A stretch of DNA of 32,000 nt from Candidatus Saccharimonadota bacterium. GTDB taxonomy: Bacteria; Patescibacteriota; Saccharimonadia; Saccharimonadales; Saccharimonadaceae. The position numbers and the translations under genes were made by a program. This document shows positions 14,676 to 22,868 of this stretch, piece after piece. The first letter of the stretch is position 1; each line of letters starts with the position of its first letter. Location of the stretch: assembly GCA_023898645.1 (NCBI GenBank), contig CP060232.1, positions 960,001 to 992,000 of the forward strand, written 5' to 3'. Under the pieces are notes generated by a model. That model worked only from the letters and a program-made list of their open reading frames with translations, made no database searches and was not told the origin of the DNA.

Positions 14676-17582
14676 TTACCGAAGCCTAATACTCACCTCT
14701 TGCGATTCAGATTCGGAGTCGGAATCTGTACTAACAGAATTTTCTCTTGGAGCACTAGGCTGATCCGATAAATTAACTATCTGTTGAGGCTCTGTTGGTT
14801 GATACGTTATTGATGAAGCACCGTTCGCAAATGACTTTTGCGTCTGACGAGATTCCGTTGTCTGTACGGGTCGTGCAAGCGAATTCGAAGTTGGTTGCGC
14901 AGCAAGCTCCGAACTTGCCGTTGCCACAGGCCGCCCAGACGCAGATGCAAACGTAGGCGGTCTATTTATCGTACTCGCCTGCACAGGAGCTTGCGTAGGC
15001 CTCTGAGCTGCTTGCGGAGGAGATGTGGTCAGATTTTGTCGCTTCGCCAGCCATTCATCCAAAAAGGAGCCGCCACCAGAAGGCTTCGACTGCGGAACTG
15101 GCTGTCGACCAGGACCAGGCGGAATCGTAGGACCCGGAGCCTTAGGCGACTCCAAACGAGCGAATATCTCCCTTTCAACAGCAGCACGTGTGAAACCATA
15201 TTTCGTCGCCGACAATCGCTTCATTGCATCAGCAAGTTGCTGATTAGATTGAGTCATAGGTGGCAGCAAAGACATGCTAAATGGTGCCGACGGCATACCA
15301 TTAATCATGACAGATGCGATCGCCTGATAATTAGGCAACTTGGTTAAATCTTCGGCATCAAACACAGGCTGGAACTTTTTCACCATTAGCTCCGCATCGG
15401 TCACTCCTATGCGACCACTGATAACGGTTCCTACGTTTCCGATAATAGCCTCTCGAATTTTGTCAGTCAGCTGAGTCATAAACTGATTACCAAGCACCAG
15501 ATTCAACCGATACTTTCGAGCCTCTGATAAAATCGATTCGAAACTTTCAGTTGCAAAGTTCTGAAACTCATCCACGAACAAACAAAAGTCCTTTCGATCT
15601 TCTTCAGCCATATCTGCTCGGCCCATCGCGGCAACCTGAAACTTCATGACAAAAATCATACCAAGAAGTTTTGAATTCAACTCACCCATCTTACCTTTAG
15701 AGAGGTTAACAAGGAGTATCTTATTGCCATCCATGATGTCTCGAAGATTAAAACCACTCTTCCTTTGACCCATAATATTTCTCATCATAGTGTTAGACAT
15801 GAAAGGACCAAATTTACTTACAACCCAACTTGTCACCTCACCCGACTCATTAGACCTCTGGGATGCTGGATATTCTTTAGTCCAGAAATCAAGCACGTTT
15901 CTATCAGTTACATACTTGAGTTTTGATTTCATAAAAGCTTCGTCGACCAATAATTTCGGAATGTCGATAAATGTTCCACCGTTTGGATCTGACATCAAGA
16001 GAAGTGCACAGTTTCGGAAAATATGCTCCAAACGCGGACCAACAATACCGGTGTGGCCAGGATCGTACAAACTATACAGCATATTGATAGTTTCTTGTAT
16101 TAGAAAGTCCTTTTGGTCCTCTGTCTCCCATTCGAAAAGGTTAAGTCCTATAGGACTATCGAGATCACCAGGGTTAAAGTATATGACGTCCTCTACGCGC
16201 TCTTTCGGTATATTCGCAAGTAAACTCTCCACTACATCGCCATGAGGATCGATAAAGGCGAACCCTCGACCGTCATGCATGTCCTGGTACGCAAGATTTT
16301 CTAAAAATACAGATTTACCAACACCGGTCTGACCTATTATGTAAGTGTGTCGGCGACGATCATTTTCGGTAAGTCTAATCTCCTTCTTTATACCCCTGTA
16401 CTCATTAATCCCAAGCAACATACCGCTTTCAATAAGTTCAGTTGGTCCATCCACCTGTTTCGAAAGCTGGCGCTTCACCTTAGATGTTGGAATGCTATTT
16501 TGATCTGGCAGATGAAATATCGTTGCCATTTCAACACTATTGAGAATATTTTGTCCTACCGACTGCGGGAAAAAGCGAAAAATAAATGCCGTAACAAGTT
16601 CTTCGATGTCACGAGAGGGATTAAACTTAAAGCCGTTATAACTAGGCGAATCGAATAATGCAAATGCAGCGACGATATTCTTCAAAAGCCCCTGTGAATG
16701 TTCTGTTGTGTTCGATGATACAACTACTCGAATTAAGACTTCATAAGCCGGATACCTTGTTTTCTCTTCGATGACCTTTATCATCTCTTCTTCAAGCGAG
16801 GTAAGCTGTTTTTGCTCAGACTTCTTTTCGTCATGTGTTTCAGGCGGTTTCCATAGAAGTTCGGCTACATCTCCCGCGCCCTTTATACCTAACCCCTTTG
16901 TCTTAGATTTATCTTCCTTAATTTTCTTTGCCGCATCAATAGACGATCGCACCCAGCCCTCACTCGCCGGACGCATTAGAAATTGAATCGCCACCCCGTC
17001 TTCCCTAGAAGCAGCCGATAGTGCATTCAATAAAGCGCGAGCGGCGTCCCTCTTTGTCTCCTGATAGGTTGCAATGGGGTACACAAACTTTTTCTTGAGT
17101 GTAAACTCACCCCCGATAACACCGCTCATTTTACCCGCTTCACTGAAAACGTTGTGTTCACTGACCTCTTCTAGACGAGCGGACGGATACGCAGCAGCGA
17201 TTGCCTGCTTTACCACGTCAACAAGAACAATCGGAACAACCGCGTAATAATACACAAGTCCTCCTTTTGCCACTATCTCAAAAGATAAATGCCGTTGACC
17301 ATATATTCTGTTTTTGAATCCCTTAGTAGCAGTACTGGCGATAATGTTATACATAACCTGCGCCTCAGATAAAACCTCTTCGGTCAAATCCCGCTCATCT
17401 CTCTGGCCTTTTTCTATATCCTCACTAGACGGAGGTAGGTGTATAAACATCGGAACCATTTTAAGGCCACGTTCGTAATTTTTCGCCTCACGTAAAGTTC
17501 TTTTATACTGGCTAAACACAACAATAGTCAGAGCTGTGCTGACAAAGACTATCACAAATGCCGCTATAAAGACTCCTGCCAT
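14676..17582 (-). CDS. Membrane-anchored P-loop ATPase of the TraD/VirD4/HerA-FtsK class (type IV coupling-protein-like) with a long disordered C-terminal tail
   Basis: 968 aa. It has an N-terminal TM (VFIAAFVIVFVSTALTIVVF), Walker A IIGQTGVGKS, FAFIDPHGD, Walker B CLFVDEFQNF and LVLGNQFMTQL. The last 190 aa or so are P/Q/S/T-rich and end in DSDSESESQE. Confidence 0.75.
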   Translation of the reverse strand: MAGVFIAAFVIVFVSTALTIVVFSQYKRTLREAKNYERGLKMVPMFIHLPPSSEDIEKGQRDERDLTEEVLSEAQVMYNIIASTATKGFKNRIYGQRHLSFEIVAKGGLVYYYAVVPIVLVDVVKQAIAAAYPSARLEEVSEHNVFSEAGKMSGVIGGEFTLKKKFVYPIATYQETKRDAARALLNALSAASREDGVAIQFLMRPASEGWVRSSIDAAKKIKEDKSKTKGLGIKGAGDVAELLWKPPETHDEKKSEQKQLTSLEEEMIKVIEEKTRYPAYEVLIRVVVSSNTTEHSQGLLKNIVAAFALFDSPSYNGFKFNPSRDIEELVTAFIFRFFPQSVGQNILNSVEMATIFHLPDQNSIPTSKVKRQLSKQVDGPTELIESGMLLGINEYRGIKKEIRLTENDRRRHTYIIGQTGVGKSVFLENLAYQDMHDGRGFAFIDPHGDVVESLLANIPKERVEDVIYFNPGDLDSPIGLNLFEWETEDQKDFLIQETINMLYSLYDPGHTGIVGPRLEHIFRNCALLLMSDPNGGTFIDIPKLLVDEAFMKSKLKYVTDRNVLDFWTKEYPASQRSNESGEVTSWVVSKFGPFMSNTMMRNIMGQRKSGFNLRDIMDGNKILLVNLSKGKMGELNSKLLGMIFVMKFQVAAMGRADMAEEDRKDFCLFVDEFQNFATESFESILSEARKYRLNLVLGNQFMTQLTDKIREAIIGNVGTVISGRIGVTDAELMVKKFQPVFDAEDLTKLPNYQAIASVMINGMPSAPFSMSLLPPMTQSNQQLADAMKRLSATKYGFTRAAVEREIFARLESPKAPGPTIPPGPGRQPVPQSKPSGGGSFLDEWLAKRQNLTTSPPQAAQRPTQAPVQASTINRPPTFASASGRPVATASSELAAQPTSNSLARPVQTTESRQTQKSFANGASSITYQPTEPQQIVNLSDQPSAPRENSVSTDSDSESESQEVSIRLR

Positions 17583-17604
17583 ACTTCTATTCTAGCGCAA
17601 GCGG

Positions 17605-18012
17605 TTAATTTGAGGTACCTAATTCTTTACCATATCGCTTACGCAAATAATCAATCTGCAATTTATTCACCTCCTGCTCACGACGATAAGGGTCGTTTTG
17701 AGTTTCTGCTATTATTCCTTTTGCCCTATCAACCCATTCCTTTTCAATCAAATCATCATCGCTCGCAATTGTCGGGCCAGAATTGTCATCTTGCATTGAA
17801 CGTGTCGGAATCGATGGTAATGAGACTACAGACGGCGGTAAAGGAACTGCAGCCGGAGATGGTGCACTTTGACGCTCAGCAGGCTGTACTGCTTGCTCCT
17901 TTTCGTGCGCCTGCTCACGAATACCTTCAATATCAGGAAAATGTCCAGCATTCTCGTGTTGCTGCGGCTGATATTCCGGCATTGCCTGTGGCGCAGGAAG
18001 TTCTGGTTTCAT
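17605..18012 (-). CDS. Hypothetical protein with a Pro/Gln-rich N-terminus and a charged helical C-terminus
   Basis: 135 aa, co-oriented with the ATPase. TGGTATAAT-N7-ATG lies immediately upstream. The opposite-strand ORF 17610..18020 has no signals and looks random. Confidence 0.5.
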   Translation of the reverse strand: MKPELPAPQAMPEYQPQQHENAGHFPDIEGIREQAHEKEQAVQPAERQSAPSPAAVPLPPSVVSLPSIPTRSMQDDNSGPTIASDDDLIEKEWVDRAKGIIAETQNDPYRREQEVNKLQIDYLRKRYGKELGTSN

Positions 18013-18055
18013 ATCTGTAATTATACCATAACCAAATTTTTCATTTATACTTCTG

Positions 18056-18439
18056 TCACGTTCTCCGGGCTACATATACGCACCCAAGCAGGACAAACAA
18101 TGTTACTAAGCTAAGCTCATAAATCCCCACAGTACCGACAGACCGCAGACTGGCGACTATAACAACACCGAGGGAAACGACAGAGGAATAATAATACGCC
18201 TTACTTAAACTGATAACTTGAACATTTTGTAAAACATGAAGACTTTTACCAATTTTTCCTACAACTCTTACAGAAATCCAAACGAAAAAAGTAAGCAAAC
18301 AAAGCAAAACAACATAGCTTAGTATAAAAACAGCCAATATGCCTGACGCACCCGCAGAACTTGGCGCAACAGTAGTAATAATAAACAAAAGAAGCCCCGC
18401 CGCAGCGAGACCGATAAGTACGAGTATTCTAGTAAGCAT
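18056..18439 (-). CDS. Small integral membrane protein (about 4 TM), unknown function
   Basis: 127 aa, almost entirely hydrophobic helices. TGGTATACT lies 11 nt upstream of the ATG. Confidence 0.55.
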   Translation of the reverse strand: MLTRILVLIGLAAAGLLLFIITTVAPSSAGASGILAVFILSYVVLLCLLTFFVWISVRVVGKIGKSLHVLQNVQVISLSKAYYYSSVVSLGVVIVASLRSVGTVGIYELSLVTLFVLLGCVYVARRT

Positions 18440-18954
18440 AGGTATTTAACAGTATACCACTTTAAATTTGGGTCACAGTGACAGGCCGTAATGATCTGGT
18501 TGCAACATCCGCCACTAATATATAGAGGGCGCGTGCTCCAATGATCAACCTGCCACTGGTGACTCTGACCGCTCCCGTATGGGAGCATGTCCATCTAATA
18601 TTTCCGCAATACACCTAGTATTATCGCTGCTATTCCTATAAACAAGGATTAACTAGGTGTATTGGTACTATATTAGGCGCTTTAAGCCATTTGGGCTAAG
18701 CGTTTCGATAGCGCCAGAAGGTACTTGTTTTGCAAGATGCAAAGCATATTTTGTCGCTATCGATGAGCTGTCAAAATGACTATTTTTTATGTAAAGGTTC
18801 GGCGTTTTTTGTTTTTGTAAATGCCTACGTTTAATTTAGCATAAGGACGATAAAAGGTCAATAGACATTGATGTAATTATTGCGTATTAAACAAATAAGC
18901 GTAAGTTTTTCTCTGTTAATTTATATCGATGTATATACAACATCGTTGTTATTT

Positions 18955-19632
18955 TTAATTATTTGAGTCTTGGCCAAGTTCAATAAGTGTATTAACTAGG
19001 TCTTTTTTGTTCAAATGAGATGTATCTATGTTGTTGTGCTGAGCAATAACATAGCCTTGAATAATATGTTTTAGACGGATGGCATCGCTGCGCCATAAAT
19101 GATTAATTTGGAAATGATCAACCGTACTCATAACACGACTAGCGATCGTCAACGATCCGAATAGCGGCCCGACGGATACTTGTACATTGAGTACGTCTTC
19201 AATTCTTATACTAAGCACGTTCGAAGACCAAAAGAAATCACGACGTGTTATCGTTACTTTTGTTCTATCGAGAGTTACGCTGTCTGGAAATAAAGTAATA
19301 GGAAAAACCGTATTCGCTGTCATAAGAACTTCATGAGATCGAGACACCGTCTTCTTAAGAGTCCTCTCCTTCTCTTTCGTCCACCTATCTGACACAACTT
19401 GTGGCCCTGATGGAATTGACGTTTTCGGTATAACACTCCCAAATAAGCTCTCGGGGGACGTTACAAGCGCTCTTAAGTCGAATGGCTGACCATGCTCACC
19501 TACAACCGATTGTCGCGCGGCAATAGTTCCTATTTTTCTACTCAACTGGATAACCAAGTTATAACTTTTAGGTAAACGTGGTGTAGCATTTTTGGAAGCC
19601 TTTTGAGTAGACCAACTTTCTCTGTTGTTCAT
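18955..19632 (-). CDS. Hypothetical protein with a C-terminal bacterial PH (bPH_2/YdbT-like) domain
   Basis: 225 aa. The segment VTLDRTKVTITRRDFFWSSNVLSIRIEDVLNVQVSVGPLFGSLTIASRV matches the bPH pattern. The GGGAGG SD lies 4 nt from the ATG. Confidence 0.55.
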   Translation of the reverse strand: MNNRESWSTQKASKNATPRLPKSYNLVIQLSRKIGTIAARQSVVGEHGQPFDLRALVTSPESLFGSVIPKTSIPSGPQVVSDRWTKEKERTLKKTVSRSHEVLMTANTVFPITLFPDSVTLDRTKVTITRRDFFWSSNVLSIRIEDVLNVQVSVGPLFGSLTIASRVMSTVDHFQINHLWRSDAIRLKHIIQGYVIAQHNNIDTSHLNKKDLVNTLIELGQDSNN

Positions 19633-19660
19633 AAACCTCCCTCAGCTTAGGCTATCTCTT

Positions 19661-19689
19661 ATTATAGTCGCGTACGGGGCTGTTGTCAC
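19661..19689 (-). promoter_or_regulatory. Predicted promoter of the 19632 gene
   Basis: The minus strand reads GTGACA (19689-19684)-N17-TATAAT (19666-19661). Confidence 0.5.
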
Positions 19690-19814
19690 TCTTGTCGCGC
19701 TCAATCAGGCCCACTCTCATACACATCTTTGAACCTAAAGATAACATCATATGCCACCACCTATTATTCGTTTAGCCCGTAGTATTTTTTACCTAATGAA
19801 ATAAAAAAAATCTG

Positions 19815-19843
19815 TTGACACAAGCACTTTGTAGGCATATTAT
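19815..19843 (+). promoter_or_regulatory. Consensus-like orphan promoter
   Basis: TTGACA (19815-19820)-N17-TATTAT (19838-19843). Confidence 0.6.
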
Positions 19844-19849
19844 GGGGGT

Positions 19850-19946
19850 AGCTTCTGAATAAAAAAATTATACAGGGGCCAAAAATAAACACTGTCAAAA
19901 CACTCCACGTTAAGACAACCACTACTCGCAGGTGGTTGTCTTTTTT
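19850..19946 (+). ncRNA. Candidate small RNA of about 95 nt (promoter-to-terminator unit, no ORF)
   Basis: The predicted TSS is about 19850. The terminator is AGACAACCAC-loop-GTGGTTGTCT followed by TTTTT (19913-19946). There is no ATG/GTG/TTG-initiated ORF in between, and the body is A-rich. Confidence 0.4.
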
Positions 19947-20054
19947 ATCCCTACAATTTAGTTTTTCGCCTCAGTAAATGTGCGTCTTATGGACCATTTT
20001 AATCAATATTTAGTATATGCCTAGTCGCCTAAAACCCCCTAGACTCCACCAATG

Positions 20055-20082
20055 AAAACACCTGACAAATGTCAGGTGTTTT
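20055..20082. terminator. Intrinsic terminator after tmRNA (core of a 23-bp perfect palindrome, 20044-20093)
   Basis: AAAACACCTGAC-AAAT-GTCAGGTGTTTT. Confidence 0.65.
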
Positions 20083-20085
20083 CAT

Positions 20086-20491
20086 TGGTGGAGCTGCGGG
20101 GAACCGCCCCCCGGTCCGAAAGGTAACCAGTTATTCTTCTACGAGCATAGTTTACCTTGATATTTACGATTCAAAAACTTCAAAGGCAAACAAAAAAAGT
20201 TTTCTCATCGCGTGGAAATTTTCCTTGTCCCTTGGCCACTGCGCCTAAGGTAAGTAAGTGACGAAAATATGACACCACGGATCAGATGCGTCACCTATCT
20301 GATGTGGCGGCCTAAAATAAGTTAGGCTGTTTGCATGGCAAACTGAGGTGTGACAAATGCGCTAGCAAGTGTCTGCTTCAAGTTAACCCATGCAGATGCA
20401 AGTTTTGTTGCAATTATTAAATGCTTGACGTGCATAATCGACTCGCGAAATAACTTGTTAAAGTCCTCTCGTCGAAAGCTAAATCAGCCCC
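20086..20491 (-). ncRNA. ssrA: tmRNA (SsrA), about 406 nt
   Basis: The reverse complement starts GGGGCTGATTTAGCTTTCGACGAGAGG and ends GGACCGGGGGGCGGTTCCCCGCAGCTCCACCA. The acceptor GGGGCTG/CAGCTCC has G3.U. The candidate tag ORF resumes at GCA after AUUUAAUAAUU and stops at TAA in a GCCTAA..TTAGGC hairpin. Confidence 0.85.
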
Positions 20492-20554
20492 GACCTCTGT
20501 TTATTATAACATGCCTTGTGCCTAATGCGACTATAGGCTTATAATAACTTTAAT

Positions 20555-22069
20555 ATGGTTGCTCACGTTTTTACTGTTGCCCCCTCGGGGTACGAGGGTG
20601 CTGTCATTGAGGTGGAGAGTGATAGCAAAAAAGGTCTTCCTTCTATACAAATCGTTGGAATGGGCACAAAATCGGTTGATGAAGCAAAGGACCGTGTCAG
20701 AAGTGCAATTACCAATTCTCTTCTACAGTTTCCCGCAAAAAAGATTACTATTAATCTTGCGCCAGCAGATCTTGTAAAGGATGGCGCACATTATGACCTC
20801 CCTATTGCCCTTGCAATACTCGTCACCAGCGGTCAACTACGTCAAACAGATGTAGACGACTCCATGTTTGCAGGAGAACTAGCGCTAGATGGCGCCCTTA
20901 GGCCCATCAAGGGCGCAATTAACGTCGCTCAGACGGCCAAAGAATCAGGAATTAAAAAACTTTTCGTACCTCTGATTAACTTAGACCAAGCAAGACTTAT
21001 CAAAAATATTGAAATCATTGGGGTGCGCAATCTTAAAGAGCTATACCTACACCTAAAAGGAGAGCTCAACCTCTCGCAGCCCGAAATAAAAATTACCCCG
21101 GTAAGCAATAACCAAGTACCAACCCACCTTTTAGATAACATCTTCGGTCAGGATCAGGCAAAACGTGCGTTAACGATAGCTGTCGCAGGCCGGCATAACA
21201 TCCTATTAAGCGGCCCACCCGGTGCAGGAAAAACGATGTTGGCGAAGACATTAACTGCCCTTATGCCTCCGTTAACATCTGATGAAAAAATATCTGTCAC
21301 TAAAATACACAGCCTAGCAGGGGAGATTGATGGTGAAATCATATCTAAACGCCCTTTTCGCTCACCTCATCACACAACGAGCCCCGTTGCTCTCATAGGA
21401 GGGGGCACGAAGCCGAAACCTGGTGAGATAAGCTTGGCGCACCTTGGAGTACTTTTCCTTGATGAGATACCCGAATACCCTAGATCCGTCTTAGAAGCCC
21501 TTAGGCAGCCCCTTGAGGACAAAAAGATTGCAGTTACTCGAACTGCCGGTCGAGTTGTTTATCCTGCAGACTTCATGCTTGTAGCAACAATGAATCCTTG
21601 CCCATGCGGTCATTTAGGGGACCCGTCAAAAGAATGCACCTGTACTACGACTCAAATTCTTGCATATCAAAAAAGACTTTCCGGCCCACTTCTCGACCGT
21701 ATCGACCTCATAGTGAATGTCTCTCGAGTGCCAAATAATGTATTTCTTCAAAAGAAATCGTCAGAAAATATACAACATTTAACAGCGCTGGGCTTAATAG
21801 ATAGGGCGAATTCTGCCCAGCAATTAAGATATAAAAGTAGTGATATATACAATGGATCATTAGCCAGTAGCCAAGTTGCCGATAAGCTCCACATTAGCGA
21901 TGATGCTCGCAAGCTCTTAGTTACTGCAAGTGAACGACTCGGCTTGAGCGCACGGAGCCACTTCAAGGTCATGAAAGTAGCCCAAACAATAGCAGATATG
22001 GCCGACTCACCCATCATCGAACTGCCGCACGTTAGTGAAGCATTACAATACCGTAGTCAGACCTCTTGA
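20555..22069 (+). CDS. comM: YifB/ComM family Mg-chelatase-like AAA+ ATPase
   Basis: 504 aa. It has an N-terminal Lon-like domain, Walker A LSGPPGAGKTMLA, Walker B VLFLDEIPEY and a CPCG..C.C zinc motif. Confidence 0.9.
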   Translation: MVAHVFTVAPSGYEGAVIEVESDSKKGLPSIQIVGMGTKSVDEAKDRVRSAITNSLLQFPAKKITINLAPADLVKDGAHYDLPIALAILVTSGQLRQTDVDDSMFAGELALDGALRPIKGAINVAQTAKESGIKKLFVPLINLDQARLIKNIEIIGVRNLKELYLHLKGELNLSQPEIKITPVSNNQVPTHLLDNIFGQDQAKRALTIAVAGRHNILLSGPPGAGKTMLAKTLTALMPPLTSDEKISVTKIHSLAGEIDGEIISKRPFRSPHHTTSPVALIGGGTKPKPGEISLAHLGVLFLDEIPEYPRSVLEALRQPLEDKKIAVTRTAGRVVYPADFMLVATMNPCPCGHLGDPSKECTCTTTQILAYQKRLSGPLLDRIDLIVNVSRVPNNVFLQKKSSENIQHLTALGLIDRANSAQQLRYKSSDIYNGSLASSQVADKLHISDDARKLLVTASERLGLSARSHFKVMKVAQTIADMADSPIIELPHVSEALQYRSQTS

Positions 22070-22164
22070 AAAGCTAGTAACTATCTGATAAGATAATCTT
22101 CGAGTAAATGCTCACTATTACGTGTGTATTCATACGCAACACCCAGTAGAAAAGGAGAGAGAAG

Positions 22165-22671
22165 ATCAGTACAAATATTCGCATCAACGGAGCCATCAGA
22201 GCAAATGAGCTTCGAGTGATTGGTGGAAGCGGAGAGCAACTTGGCATTTTGTCACGCCAGGATGCACTCAAGCTAGCAGAAGATGCGGGAGTTGATTTGG
22301 TCGAGATCTCGCCAAATGCCGATCCGCCTGTAGCAAAAATCATCGATTGGGGTAAATACCAGTACCAAAAGATGAAGGAGCAACAGAAGAACCGGCGCAG
22401 TAGCAAACAAAGCGAGCTTAAACAGATGCGCTTTGGCCTAAAGATTGGCGCAGGTGATCTCGAGATCAAACTTCGCAAAATCCGTGGCTTTCTTTCCGAA
22501 GGACACAAGGTAAGAATCCAGATTTTCTACCGTGGTCGCGAAAATGCTCATAGAGAGCTGGGCTACGATATGATTCATAAAATTGTATCAATGCTCGAAG
22601 ATGACGCCGTAATGGAACAGCAACCACAAATGGCTGGCCGTGCGCTAAGCGTTGTAGTAAGGAGAAAATAA
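22165..22671 (+). CDS. infC: Translation initiation factor IF-3, non-canonical start (AUC 22165 or AUU 22177)
   Basis: The conserved N-terminus IRINGAIRANELRVIG lies upstream of the first canonical start (GTG 22216). An in-frame stop is at 22147. The only start-like codons between them are ATC 22165 (GGAG 7 nt upstream) and ATT 22177. Confidence 0.85.
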   Translation: MSTNIRINGAIRANELRVIGGSGEQLGILSRQDALKLAEDAGVDLVEISPNADPPVAKIIDWGKYQYQKMKEQQKNRRSSKQSELKQMRFGLKIGAGDLEIKLRKIRGFLSEGHKVRIQIFYRGRENAHRELGYDMIHKIVSMLEDDAVMEQQPQMAGRALSVVVRRK

Positions 22672-22865
22672 TGCCGAAGATGAAAACCCATAAAGGAACC
22701 GCGAAGCGGATTAAACTTACCAGTACTGGTAAGGTTACACGACGTCGCGCGTTTGGCACGCACATGCTTGCAAAAAAAAGCAAAAGTCGCAAACGAGCGA
22801 TTAGCGTGTCTGCCAGTGTAACTGGTTCTGTAGCAAAAAACGTTAAACGAGCACTAGGAGTATAA
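22671..22865 (+). CDS. rpmI: 50S ribosomal protein L35
   Basis: 64 aa, MPKMKTHKGTAKRIKLT. AAGGAG lies upstream and the start overlaps the infC stop (TAATG). Confidence 0.95.
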   Translation: MPKMKTHKGTAKRIKLTSTGKVTRRRAFGTHMLAKKSKSRKRAISVSASVTGSVAKNVKRALGV

Positions 22866-22868
22866 ATT

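Noticed and set aside
14838-15347. The Arg-rich 169-aa ORF (and 15025..15243, 15790..16245, 16347..16658, 16771..16986) antisense to the ATPase.
   Set aside because: The Arg/Cys/Ser-rich composition is what antisense translation of a Pro/Ala/Ser-rich coding region produces. No expression signals are present.
17610-18020. The plus-strand 136-aa ORF mirroring 17605..18012.
   Set aside because: The minus-strand frame is co-oriented with its neighbours and preceded by TGG-TATAAT-N7-ATG. The plus frame has no signals and a random-looking sequence. Neither frame has recognisable homology, so confidence in the minus call is only moderate.
18470-18570. The long imperfect hairpin as SRP (4.5S) RNA.
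   Set aside because: It lacks the conserved helix-8 elements (a GNAR tetraloop followed by a GGAAGCAGCC-type motif), and its apex is a 14-nt AU-rich loop. The 91-aa ORF 18319..18594 over it also has no support.
20350-20544. The 64-aa ORF over the tmRNA 5' half.
   Set aside because: It is antisense to a confidently identified ssrA.
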